DNA from: Octopus vulgaris
Lineage: Eukaryota
Direction of reading: 5' to 3'
Length of the DNA: 64,000 nt
NCBI GenBank assembly: GCA_951406725.2
Contig: OX597833.1
Location: forward strand, 55,428,001-55,492,000
How positions within the stretch are numbered: position 1 is the stretch's first letter; the number at the start of each line of letters is the position of its first letter. Both the position numbers and the translations under genes were made by a program. Of this stretch, positions 37,991 to 51,401 are shown piece by piece. The notes beneath the pieces are model-generated. The model searched no databases. It worked only from the letters and a program-made list of their open reading frames with translations, and was not told where the DNA came from.

Positions 37991-40069
37991 GTACAAGGAA
38001 TGAGGTGTTTACTTGAAGTTGGAGGCTGTCTAGAGCTTGAAACATGTAAACTCTAAAAACTACTGCTCGAGTTAATAGTGTACTGGTCTTATTAACAGCA
38101 GCAGCCTTGGCATTAGGCTAGGTTGATCTGACCCAATGTATTAATGCTAGCCTTAGAAAATCATGCATAAAAATGACAACTGTATTTTTAATTTAAGCAT
38201 TATCCATATTTTATTGCTGATCAGTTTTTATGGCAACAAAACTGGGTTTCTTTCCTGATTCTTTTAGATTTTTTTAATGTTTTTTTGAAGGCATATAGTT
38301 TATTGGTTAGGGCATTCAGCTCTCGATCGTAAGGTCATGATTTCAATTCTCAGTGGTTTGTTGTGTCCTTGAGCAAGACACTTTATTTCATGTTGCTCTA
38401 GTCCACTCAGCTGGCAAAAATGAGTTGTAGCTGTAATTCATAGGGCCAGCTTTTTTGCCCAGTAGTTAGGGCAGCGGACTCACAGTCGGAGGATCGCGGT
38501 TTCGATTCCCAGACCGGGCGTTGTATGTGTTTATTGAGCGAAAACACCTAAAGCTCCACGAGGCTCTGGCAGGGGTGGTGGCAACACCTGTTGTACTCTT
38601 TCGTTTCATGTTTCTTGAGTAATGCTGCTATGGACTGGTGTCCCATCCAGCTGGGGGAACACATACGCCACAGAAACCAGGAAACCGGGCCCATGAGCCT
38701 GCCTAGGCTTGAAAAGGGCGCATAAATAAAAAGTAAAATTTACTCACAAGGCATTGATTGGCCTGAAGCTTTAATAGAACACACTTGCTGAAGGTGTCAC
38801 ACAGTGGGACTGAACCCTAAACCGTGTAGTTGCATAACTGGCTTCTTAACCGCACAGTTATGACTGTGTCTCTATATTTGTCCTTTTTTTTTAATTATGA
38901 TTTGTATGAATTACAAATTTTGTGGTTAAGCTGTTGTATGAGACGTTTGATGACAAACATCAGGGTTTGTGGTTCAAACCCTACTATGCCATCCACATCA
39001 AATATAGAAAGCTGGCAGAGTTGTTAGCACTCTGGGCAAAATGCTAACCAGCATTTCATCTTTATGTTCTGAGTTCAAATTCCGCCAAGGTCAACTTTTC
39101 CTTTCATCCTTTAGGGGTCAGTAAAATAAGTACCAGTTGAACACTGCGGTCAGTGTAATTGACTTACCGCTCCCCAAACTTGCTGGCCTTGTGCCAAAAT
39201 TTGAAATCAATATTATTACTATTATTATTATTATTATTATTAAGGTGGCGAGCTGGCAGAATCATTTGCATGCCAGGCAAAGTGCTTAGTAGCAGTTCAT
39301 CCCCATCTTTACTTTCTAAGTTCAAATTCCACCAAGGTTGACTTTGCTTTTCATCCCTTTAGGGTCGATAGAATAAGTACCGATTAAGCACTGAGGCTGG
39401 TGTAATCAACTAACCCCATCCCCCAAAATGTCAGGCCTTGTGCCTATTAGTAGAAAGGACTGTTATTATTATTATTATTATTATTCAAATCTATTGCATT
39501 TCATGCTGCATATTGGCGCTTGTGCTTCAAACATCTGCCAGTTTGGGGCTTATTGAGAATCTGGTCCTGTTTTGGTAATGTAGGAAACTTGGAACCTTTA
39601 TTTCTATCGATTGTTGTTGGTTCCATAATTAATTTTTTTTTTTTTTTTGTTTTTTGCTTTGTTTTATTTCCCCCAGAAATATTTTATTAGTTTATTTCTA
39701 ATGAAAAGCTCCCGTAATTAAATTACATTTTCGAAAATCACCGAATCTCTGTAAATTGCAATTTACCGAAAAATTTTCCTCTTTGTTTAAGCGACCGATT
39801 GACGACGACTGCAAATTCTGCTTCAATGGGGGGTGGGGGGTAGGGTAGGGCTGGACACAGCTCTTCATGAGATGCAATGCTGTTTGTAATATAACTAAAC
39901 TTGGCCTTTAAGTGCTACCATCTTGGGAATTTGGTGGATATTAATTTGATCATTTGTATTATTTCTTGTTGTAATCATTGGTATCCTTTTATCTAACTGC
40001 ATATGATTTTGCGTTATTAATATCATCGTCTCATTGATCATTTCTGTATGATTGTGATATAATTTTATT

Positions 40070-40795
40070 ATTAGTTTCCCTTCTTTTCCTCCTCTTCCTC
40101 CTCCTCCGACTCCCACCTTATCTCTACTCAGCTCCACCACCCCCACACCCATTATTAGTTTCCCTTCTTTTCCTCCTCCTCCGACTCCCACCTTATCTCT
40201 ACTCAACTGCAGCACCACCCCCACACCCCGTTCTTAACTGCCTCTGCTTTTCCTCCTCTGACTCCCACCTTATCTCTACTCAACTGCAGCACCACCCCAC
40301 ACCCCGTTCTTAACTGCCTCTGCTTTTCCTCCTCTGACTCCCACCTTATCTCTACTCAACTGCAGCACCACCCCACACCCCGTTCTTAACTGCCTCTGCT
40401 TTTCCTCCTCTGACTCCCACCTTATCTCTACTCAACTGCAGCACCCACCCCCACACCCCGTTCTTAACTGCCTCTGCTTTTCCCCCTCTGACTCCCACCT
40501 TATCTCTACTCAACTGCAGCACCACCCCACACCCCGTTCTTAACTGCCTCTGCTTTTCCTCCTCTGACTCCCACCTTATCTCTACTCAACTGCAGCACCA
40601 CCCCCCACACCCCGTTCTTAACTGCCTCTGCTTTTCCTCCTCTGACTCCCACCTTATCTCTACTCAACTGCAGCACCACCCCCACACCCCGTTCTTAACT
40701 GCCTCTGCTTTTCCCCCTCTGACTCCTACCTTATCTCTACTCAACTGCAGCACCACCCCCACACCCCATTCTTAACAACCTCTGCTTTTCCTCTT
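40070..40795. repeat. ~76-78-bp C/T-rich minisatellite, ~9 copies
   Basis: Unit TCCTCCTCTGACTCCCACCTTATCTCTACTCAACTGCAGCACCACCCCACACCCCGTTCTTAACTGCCTCTGCTTT. Confidence 0.95.
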
Positions 40796-42954
40796 CTTTG
40801 TTGCAACGACTATATCTCTCTCTTTCTCTCAGTCTCTCTCTCTCTTTCTCTCTGTCTCTCTCTCTTTCTCTCTGTCTCTGTCTCTCTCTCAGACCAGCTG
40901 GCTGGTAATTATGATCACTAGTGGGGGGCGAGGAAGAGACAATAAAAACAGCACACCAGACACTCATTTGGAAAGTTACTAAACGAAGAAACATAATCAA
41001 CTTATGATGATGACATGCAATAATACTAAACAGTCTCGGTAGCCATGAGATGACCATCTAATGACATTGTTTGAACATGGCTAACTTACTAAGTGTATTA
41101 ATACCACAAAAAAAAATGTACGCTTTCTTGAAAGGAGAAGATTCTGCTTTGAGCTACCATAATCGTTATCATCATTAAGCACAGGCTTGGCTATGTGGTT
41201 AAGAAGCTAGCTTCCGAACTATGTGGTCCCTGGTTCAGTCCTATTGTGTGGCACGTTGGATAAGTTTCTTCTGTTATAACCCTATGCGTTCTTGAAAGGA
41301 GAAGATTCTGCTTTGAGCTGCCATTATCATTATCATCGTTAAGCAAGGGCTTGGCTGTGTGGGCAAGTTTCTTCTGCTATAACCCTAGGCTGACCAATGC
41401 CTCATGGGTGGATTTGGTAGACAGAAACTAAAAACAAAGTTCAGCACTTACTCTTTTACTTGTTTCTGTCATTTGACTATGGCCATGCTGGAGCACTACC
41501 TTTAGTCAAGCAAATCAACCCCAGGACTTATTTTTTGTAAGCCTAGTACTTATTCTATCAGTCTCTTTTTGCCAAACTGCTAAGTTACAGGGACGTAAAC
41601 ACACCAGTATCGGTTGTCAAGCGATGTTGGGGTTCAATGTTGAGATGGGTTGGTTCTAAGATACATCCGGGAAGCATGTTCTCTTATCTTATAGATAATG
41701 TCTTGTATCTCAATAATATGCTCTCTGCTTATGAAAATGATGGGTGACAGGTATTAATGCAACTATTTGTTCCTTCTCGAGCCATGCCAGGCTCATAAGG
41801 GCTGGTTTCCCAGCTTCATCGGCATATAGGTTCCCCACCTGGATGGGATGCCGGTCCATCACAGGTGAGCTGCTAGATGCAGGAGGAAAGAGTGAGAGAA
41901 AGTTGTGGCAAAAGAGTCAGCATAAATTCGCCATTACCTTCTGCTGGAGCCGCATGGAGCTTAGGTGTTTCACTCATAAAAACACACATCGCCCGATCTG
42001 AGATTCGAACCCATGACCGCGAGTCCACTGCTCTAACCACTAGGCTATGGGCCTCCACTATGCAACTATATGTCCTTCCTATTATCAATTGTTATGGCAG
42101 TGCAAACCTGGTGTTTTCAGCTATGATCACCAATTCTTTGGAAATCATTTTTCTATGCTTGTTGCTTCTTTCACTCTATATCGGTTCTTACTGTTAGGAA
42201 CGAAAATGGTTAGTTAGTTATATTATATTCACCAGCTCAAGAAAAGTTAGTCTTAGACTTGGGGGCGGTCTCCATGCCATATTAGTTTATTTTTGGGTGA
42301 CTGTTCTTCATGTACAAAATTGGTTTTCTGGGATGTCCTGTAACCAAATACCTTTTCTTTTTCTTTTCTTTTTTTTTTTTGTCCCTTACCCATCTCTGTA
42401 TAAAAAAAAATATGAAAATAAAACATTTATGGCATTTATATAAAGCATTCTTACACTTCACTAATTACACTTTAACCAATTACGTGGAGTTAATTACACT
42501 TAACTAATTAAATGTTGCTAATTCTAGTGCTGATACCCAATGACATCAGATAATTGTATTGTGTTGTAGCTTTCAAAGAGAGGAATGCCATAATTACAGC
42601 GTGGAATTATGACATTCCACTCTTTGAAGATTGGGAGACATCCAAATACCAAAGCAAGGATTTCTGTCTCTTTTATATGACGTTGTTTCATCTCAGTTGA
42701 CTCTGATTGCCCAGATTTATGAACAAAAGCATTCCAGCCATGACCTTCCCGTTTTTATTTTTATATTCAGTATTGCTTTGTCTGGTGTGTTTGTGTCTAT
42801 TTTTAAGAATGTAAAGTGTCATTTGAGGTAGATTTGACAGTTCTTTCTAGCAGGTTAGACAACCTCATGCATGCCTCTTTATTCTCAGTTGGTGTGTTTG
42901 GTGTGATTGAATTGCGCAGATCCAATTTGGAAAAGTAGTCTTTAAATAGACATC

Positions 42955-43348
42955 GGTGTAGGAGTGGGTGTGTGGTAAGTAGCTTACTTACCAACCACAT
43001 GGTTCTGGGTTCAGTCCCACTTCATGGCACCTTGGGCAAGTGTCTTCTACTATAGCCTCAGGCCGACCAAAGCCTTGTGAGTGGATTTGGTAGAGAGAAA
43101 CTGAAAGAAGCCCATCATATATATATATTATGTATATATGTATATGTTTGTGTGTCTGCTTGTCCCCCCAACATCGCTTGACAACTGATGCTGGTGTGTT
43201 TGCATCCCCATAACTTAGCGGTTTGGCAAAAGAGACCGAAAGAATAAGTACTGGGCTTACAAAGAATAAGTCCTGGAGTTGATTTGCGCAACTAAAGGCA
43301 GTGCTCCAGCATGGCCACAGTCAAATGACTGAAACAAGTAAAAGAGTA
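42955..43348 (+). mobile_element. SINE family A
   Basis: Full-length copy. Confidence 0.85.
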
Positions 43349-43447
43349 CAATCATAAAGAATCTTAGAGTTCATCCAAGTTTTCAATGTTTACCATTTTC
43401 GTCTTACCTGAGCATGGCATCGGAAGCCATCAAGAACTATTAAACAA

Positions 43448-43845
43448 CTAGCAGTATCGCCCGGCGTTGCTCGGGTTTGTAAGGGAAATAACTATATAAA
43501 CATTTTTAGAGAGTTATAGCCAAAAAATAGCAAAAAAATTCATTAAAAATGGGGAAAAAATTATGGTAAATTTTTTTTTAAATCGTAGACTCATCATAGA
43601 CATTTTTAGAGAGTTACTTCCCTTATATAATATCGAAAAAATGCATTAAAATGGAAAAAAATGATGGTAAATTTTTTTTTTAATCGTAGACTCATCGTAG
43701 ACGTGCGCTAATACCCAGAAGGGCTCAATATGAATCACAACTATAAGATACCCGGTTTTGGTTAAACTGCACCGCAAAATGTGGGATTAGTTAGGAATCT
43801 AAATCGTAAGAGACAGACACACAACTTCACTTTTATATATAAAGA
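43448..43845 (-). mobile_element. Non-autonomous Helitron family 1
   Basis: Reverse complement of 27550-27952; inserted between A and T; TC...CTAG termini. Confidence 0.85.
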
Positions 43846-43939
43846 TAACAACCATTATAAAGTTAAAGAATTTAGGGAAGGAAGAGCTGTTTACACAGTG
43901 TCATACCTGTATCTGAAAGTTGATAGGAATTGGTATTAA

Positions 43940-45525
43940 CCCTTTTGTTTCTGTATTTATTTAGGGATACTCTGTGTGTCTCTCAATTATTTTAGATATA
44001 TCAAAGAATTTAGTAAAATAAGTTAGTTATCATTAAGCTAGTGTTAGGAACATAAATTGTGACTAAGGTTTGGTGTGGAAGATTTTAATTCAAAACTTAT
44101 AAAAACAAGACATTTGTACTACAGAGCCAGAGCCGGTTTCAGCCGGGTTGGTAACAAAAGGGTTAAATATAACAAAGAATTTAGTAAAATAACTTAGTTA
44201 TCATTAAGCTAGTGTTAGGAACATAAATTGTGACTAAGGTTTGGTGTGGAAGATTTTAATACAAGACTTATTGAAAACAAGTCATTTGTACTACAGAGCC
44301 AGAGCCGGTTTCAGCCAGGTTGGTAACAAATGGGTTAAATATAACAAAGAATTTAGTAAAATAACTTAGTTATCATTAAGCTAGTGTTAGGAACATAAAT
44401 TGTGACTAAGGTTTGGTGTGGAAGATTTTAATTCAAAACTTATAAAAACAAGACATTTGTACTACAGAGCCAGAGCCGGTTTCAGCCAGGTTGGTAACAA
44501 ATGGGTTAAATATAACAAAGAATTTAGTAAAATAACTTAGTTATCATTAAGCTAGTGTTAGGAACATAAATTGTGACTAAGGTTTGGTGTGGAAGATTTT
44601 AATTCAAAACTTATGAAAACAAGACATTTGTACTACAGAGCCAGAGCCGGTTTCAGCCAGGTTGGTAACAAATGGGTTAAATATAACAAAGAATTTAGTA
44701 AAATAACTTAGTTATCATTAAGCTAGTGTTAGGAACATAAATTGTGACTAAGGTTTGGTGTGGAAGATTTTAATTCAAAACTTATGAAAACAAGACATTT
44801 GTACTACAGAGCCAGAGCCGGTTTCAGCCAGGTTGGTAACAAATGGGTTAAATATAACAAAGAATTTAGTAAAATAACTTAGATATCATTAAGCTAGTGT
44901 TAGGAACATAAATTGTGACTAAGGTTTGGTGTGGAAGATTTTAATTCAAAACTTATGAAAACAAAACATTTGTACTACAGAGCCAGAGCCGGTTTCAGCC
45001 AGGTTGGTAACAAATGGGTTAAATATAACAAAGAATTTAGTAAAATAACTTAGATATCATTAAGCTAGTGTTAGGAACATAAATTGTGACTAAGGTTTGG
45101 TGTGGAAGATTTTAATTCAAAACTTATGAAAACAAGACATTTGTACTACAGAGCCAGAGCCGGTTTCAGCCAGGTTGGTAACAAATGGGTTAAATATAAC
45201 AAAGAATTTAGTAAAATAACTTAGTTATCATTAAGCTAGTGTTAGGAACATAAATTGTGACTAAGGTTTGGTGTGGAAGATTTTAATTCAAAACTTATGA
45301 AAACAAAACATTTGTACTACAGAGCCAGAGCCGGTTTCAGCCAGGTTGGTAACAAATGGGTTAAATATAACAAAGAATTTAGTAAAATAACTTAGTTATC
45401 ATTCAGCTAGTGTTAGGAACATAAATTGTGACTAAGGTTTGGTGCGGAAGATTTTAATACAAAACTTGTGAAAACAAGTCATTTGTACTACAGAGCCGGT
45501 TTCAGCCGGGTTGGTAACGAAAGGG
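43940..45525. repeat. piggyBac-type MITE whose right 171 bp is amplified into a ~9-copy tandem array
   Basis: Begins TTAA|CCCTTTTG like 584-793; GGTTAAATATAAC junctions at 44161, 44333, 44504, 44675... (171-172 bp period). Confidence 0.92.
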
Positions 45526-46181
45526 TGAAACCGATTAAATCTAATGGGTTCTTCTCGAAATGGTTTTGCCAGACTTTGAAGAATGGCTCATTCCATAATG
45601 TGTAATAGCTCTCCATGAGTCACTTTGCTATCTGAATTGAGGTATTAGAGAATTATTTCAATGTTCGATGTATGGAGGATTGAAGTCCTTAGCTATGCGC
45701 GCGTACACACCCACACATGCGTATATATTCTGTGACTGTACAAACACTTTTATAAATAAACATTTGCATGCTTAAATCTCCGTAAATATTACCTGGATAA
45801 TCATAATGATGGTTGCATGTTAGTTGTGTGAGTGTGTCAAATACAGTTGATTTAGAGGGACCTGTATAAGCTGTTTGTGTCAGGCTCTCTACACCATATT
45901 CTTCTGTGCCTCCACCATACTCAGTGTGTGTGTGTGTGTACATGTTTGTGTGTGCGTTTCGTCTTGTCTGCATATCTGCAAACGTTTTCCACTCACAAAT
46001 TCCTGAAACACATTATTATCTACCTCTATTTCAATAACTGGTTGTTGGCTGTCAATTAGGGCTTTTTTTTATTGACAAAGATAGTTTCTGTTAAAACAAA
46101 AGAAAAACTTCACGCTGGTAAATATATCATCTATTATGCATGTGCCTCTGTGTGTGTGTATGTGAGTGTGTCTCTTTATAT

Positions 46182-46231
<50 letters not shown>

Positions 46232-46590
46232 ATGTGTATATGTATGTATATATATATATATATATATGTATATGTATGTATATATATGTATGTGTGTGTA
46301 TATATATATATGTGTGTATGTGTGTATATATATATATGTATGTATGTATATATATATATGTATGTGTGTATATATATATATATATATATGTATGTGTATA
46401 TATATATATATGTATGTGTATATATACATGTATATGTATGTGTATATATACATGTATGTGTATATATACATGTATATGTATGTGTATATATACATGTATA
46501 TGTATGTGTATATATATATATGTATGTATGTGTATATATACATGTATATGTATGTATATATATATACATATATATTGTTTGGATTAACTT

Positions 46591-46629
<39 letters not shown>

Positions 46630-46739
46630 ATGTATATATATAATATATATGTGTATATGTATATATATATGTGTGTATATGTATATATATATATATGTGT
46701 GTGTGTATATATGTGTGTGTGTATATATATATGTATATA

Positions 46740-46801
<62 letters not shown>

Positions 46802-47234
46802 TGATATATGACTGTCTTTGTTGAAATGCATGGACACACACACATACACACACACATTCATTCTTGTCACTACTCAGATTCATGCTTGTTTTCTGAGCAA
46901 ACGTTTTAATAAATAATCTTAAATTGTGATTTGTGTGTGTGTATGTGTAGAGCTTAATGGCTGGAAGTGATCACAAGTTCATGGGTTTCACTACCTAGAC
47001 CAGGCAGCACATTGTCCTCGTCTGTATGTATAAATACATCATTTGTGTGTGGTTTTCTTGTAGATAAAATACAAAGGCTTATGATATACCACTGTGCTAG
47101 AAATGTACTGGATATTTTTTATACATTTCCCATTTGTTGAGTAAATTATCACTGGCAGAACCAAGTTTTCATTCAGTTAACCTTTTGGCTGGACAAAATA
47201 AATTTATATATATATATATATATATAAGATATAT

Positions 47235-49727
47235 AACTCTATAAGATGCACCAAGTGTAAGCTATGGACACATAAGAGGTGCAGCAATGTCAAAGGAAGG
47301 CTAACTAGGAAAATAGTTTTTGTCTGTGGCAAATGCTCAGGAGCAATAAACACTGGAAATATGCAGAGACCAACTTCTGCCACGTTCCAGGGAGACAAAC
47401 TAGAAGTAGTTGATAGCTTCCGCTACCTAGGAGACCAAGTCAGTAGCGGGGGTGGGTGTGCTGAAAGTGTAACTGCTAGAGTAAGAATAGCCTGGGCAAA
47501 GTTTAGAGAGCTCTTACCCCTGCTGGTGACAAAAGGCCTCTCGCTCAGAGTAAAAGGCAGACTGTATGATGCATGTGTACGTACAGCCATGCTACATGGT
47601 AGTGAAACATGGGCCGTGACTGCTGAGGATATGCGTAAGCTCGCAAGAAATGAAGCCAGTATGCTCCGATGGATGTGTAATGTCAGTGTTCATAATCGTC
47701 AGAGTGTAAGTTCCTTGAGAGAAAAGCTGAACCTAAGAAGCGTCAGTTGTGGCGTGCAAGAGAGACGGCTGCGCTGGTATGGTCATGTGACAAGAAAGGC
47801 TGAAGATAGTTGTGTGCAAAAGTGCTACACCCTAGCAGTGGAGGGAACCTGTGGAAGAGGTAGACCCAGGAAAACCTGGGACGAGGTGGTGAAGCACGAC
47901 CTTCGAACTTTAGGTCTCACTAAGGAAATGTCTAGAGACCGAGACCTATGGAAGTATGCTGTGCATGAGAAGACCCGGCAAGACTAGTCAGGCCATAACC
48001 CGTGGCCCCGACCTGGGACGTAGTCAGTCCTGTGCATACCTTCCTTCTTGTGACACTTATGAAGACCTGTTGAGGCAAGTGAAAATCAAATCAAATCAAA
48101 TCAAAACAAATCAAATAGATGAACATCAGTGGAATTGTATTCTTTGTGGTACCAGTGCCGGTGGCACACAAGAAAACCACCCAAACATGGCCGTAACCAG
48201 TACCGCATCGACTGGCCTCCGTGCTGTGGGCACAACAAACACCATCCGATCGTGGCCGTTCGCCAGCCTCATCTGGCACCTGTGCCGGTGGCACATAAAG
48301 ACACCATCCGAAGACCCGGCGACGTAGTCAGTCCACCTGTGCATACCTTCCCTCTTATGACACTTGTGAAGACCTGTTGAGGCAAGTGTGTGACACTTGT
48401 GAAGACCTATTGAGGCAGAGGCAAGTGTGTGACACTGGTGGAGACCTGTTGAGGCAAGTGTGTGACCCTTGTGAAGACCTGTTGAGGCAAGTGAAAATCA
48501 AACCAAATCAAAATAGATGAATATCAATGGAATTTGTATCTTTGTGGTTCCAGTACAGGTGGCACACAAGAAAACCATCCGAACGTGGCCGTAGCTGGTA
48601 CCGCATCGACTGGCCTCCGTGCTGTGGGCACAACAAACACCATCTGATCGTGGCCGTTCGCCAGCCTCACCTGGCACCTGTGTCGGTGGCACATAAAAAC
48701 ACCATCCAAAGACCCGGCGACGTAGTCAGTCCACCTGTGCATACCTTCCCTCTTATGACACTTGTGAAGACCTGTTGAGGCAGAGGCAAGTGTGTGACAC
48801 TTTGTGAAGACCTGTTGAGGCAGAGGCAAGTGTGTGACACTTGTGGAGACCTGTTGAGGCAAGTGTGTGACACGCGTGACACTTGTGAAGACCTGTTGAG
48901 GCAAGTGAAAATCAAAAAATCAAAATCAAAATCAAACCAAATCAAAATAGATGAACATCAATGGAATTTGTATCTTTGTGGTTCCAGTACCGGTGGCACA
49001 CAAGAAAACCATCCGATCGTGGCCGTTCGCCAGCCACATCTGGCACCTGTGTCGGTGGCACATAAAGACACCATCCGAAGACCCGGCGACGTAGACAGTC
49101 CACCTGTGCATACCTTCCTTCTTGTGACACTTGTGAAGACCTGTTGAGGCAAGTGAAAATCAAATCAAATCAAATCAAAATAGATGAACATAAATGGAAT
49201 TTGTATCTTTGTGGTACCAGTGCCGGTGGCACACAAGAAAATCATCCGAACGTGGCCGTAGCCAGTACCGCATAGACTGGCCTCCGTGCTTTGGGGACGT
49301 AACAAACACCATCCGATCGTGGCCGTCTGCCAGCCTCATCTGGCACCTGTGTCGGTGGCACATAAAAACACCATCCGAGCGTGGCCGTCTGCCAGCCTCG
49401 TCTGGCACCTGTGTCGGTGGCACATAAAAACACCATCCGAGCGTGGCCGTCTGCCAGCCTCGTCTGGCACCTGTGTCGGTGGCACATAAAAACACCATCC
49501 GAGCGTGGCCGTTCGCCAGCCTCGTCTGGCACCTGTGTCGGTGGCACATAAAATCACCCACTACACTCTCGGAGTGGTTGGCGTTAGGAAGGGCATCCAG
49601 CTGTAGAAACACTGCCAGATCTGACTGGCCTGGTGCAGCCTTCGGGCTCCCCAGACCCCAGTTGAACCGTCCAACCCATGCTAGCATGGAAAACGGACGC
49701 TAAATGATGATGATGATGATGATGATG

Positions 49728-49728
<1 letters not shown>
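47235..49728 (+). mobile_element. 5'-truncated RTE LINE (C-terminal ORF to the stop at 47987) with a multiply duplicated 3' UTR and (GAT)n tail
   Basis: ORF 47361-47987 is closely similar to the C-terminal part of ORF 54636-56198 (FRYLG...AWAKFREL...RRLRWYGHV...GRGRPRKTW); 48000-49550 consists of nested duplications. Confidence 0.9.
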
Positions 49729-49758
<30 letters not shown>

Positions 49759-50340
49759 CGTCTGGCACCTGTGCGGGTGGCACGTAAAAAGCACCCACTA
49801 CACTCACGGAGTGGTTGGCGTTAGGAAGGGCATCCAGCCGTAGAAACACTGCCAGATCTGATTGGGCCTGATGCGGCCTTCTGGCTTCACAGACCCCAGT
49901 TGAACCGTCCAACCCATGCTAGCATGGAAAACGGAGGCTAAATGATGATGATGATGATGATATATAAATAAATGGAACAAAAATGCAATAGAGGGCATTA
50001 AAATGTTCAGACAGATAGACGACACTAAGGTGAACAACAGAAACAACAATTAGAAGGACAGGCAAAAAAAGATGGGTCATTCTTGGCTTTCTTTCATCAG
50101 TCAAGTCCTAGAAGTCATGACCATTCCAGGCAGTTGACCGCGTGTATACCGTTGGCGATGTTTTTTCCTCCGTCTTCCCTTCTTTGGATCTTTCCTTTTC
50201 CTATGTTTCTGACGAAGAGCTCCGCTCGAAAGGTTAGACCCTCCTTCTTTCCTGAGCGTCCAATAATACTATACTTGTTCCACGTCCTCACGTTGTTGTG
50301 TTTTCTCTTTGTGTTTTCATGTTTGGATTAACTATGTATG

Positions 50341-50380
<40 letters not shown>

Positions 50381-51365
50381 GTGTGTGTGTGTGTATATGT
50401 ATATGCTTGTGTGTCTGGGTTTGTCTCCCCACCATCGCTTGACAACCGATGTTGGTGAGTTTACATCCCCGTGGCTTAGCATTTTGGTAAAAGAGACCAA
50501 TAGAATAAGTACTAGGCTTACAAAGAATAAGTTCTGGGGTCAATTCGTTTGACAAAAGGCCATTTAACAGACGTTAAAAGATGATGAGGGTGGTGGTGAT
50601 TATGATGGTTGGCTAAATAAGCAATGTGCTGAAATCTAAAATTTAACTCTCCTTTTAGCATTGAGACTTTTCACCAATAAACGTTCTGTTGTTATTCTTA
50701 AAATTGCTTTTAAAATCAACAGTAAAGAACTACACACACATTTGTACTATATTAGAATAAATTTAGACATTAATACATGATATGTCAAAACAGTATAGTA
50801 AAGCATTTCGCATCCAATTTACAGTCCAAATTTAGAAAGACAGAAAGAACAAATGAATTTTAATGAAAGAATTCCTCATGACTAACAGAGAATGAATGAG
50901 TCAAAACCAACATCACCTGCTAAAGGGTAGAAGATAGATTGGGAATATTGCGACTTATAATTCATAACCATCATAATATTTCATAGAGATATATCTATAT
51001 ACATATTCTCAGATGGGAAAAATTGTACAGGAATCATCATCATCATCGTTTAGCGTCCGCTTTCCATGCTGGCATGGGTTGGACGGTTCAGCTGGGGTCT
51101 GGGAAGCCAGAAGGCTGCACCAGGCCCAGTCTGATCTGGCAATGTTTCTACAGCTGGATGCTCTTCCTAACGCCAACCACTCCATGTATGTAGTGGGTGC
51201 TTTTTACGTGCCACCGGCACAGGTGCCAGATGAGGCTGGCAATCGGCCACAATCAGATGGTGTTTTTTACGTGCCACCGGCACGGAGGCCAGGCGAGGCT
51301 GGCAACGGCCACGATCGGATGGTACTTTTGACGTGCCACCAGCACGGAGGCCAGTCAGGGCGGCA

Positions 51366-51401
<36 letters not shown>

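Noticed and set aside
43990-45525. 171-bp period suggesting alpha-satellite or centromere
   Set aside because: The sequence derives from the local piggyBac-type MITE, has only ~9 copies and lies in an intron; the length match is coincidental
46069-46883. Long Y/I/H/T/C/V-rich ORFs (also ~23061-24525, 36508-37129, 58634-60315)
   Set aside because: Translations of (TA)/(CA)/(TG) microsatellites, which lack stop codons in several frames
48091-49703. Recurrent MPPTQVPDEAG/CHRHRCQ ORFs
   Set aside because: Antisense or off-frame translations of the repeated RTE 3' UTR modules
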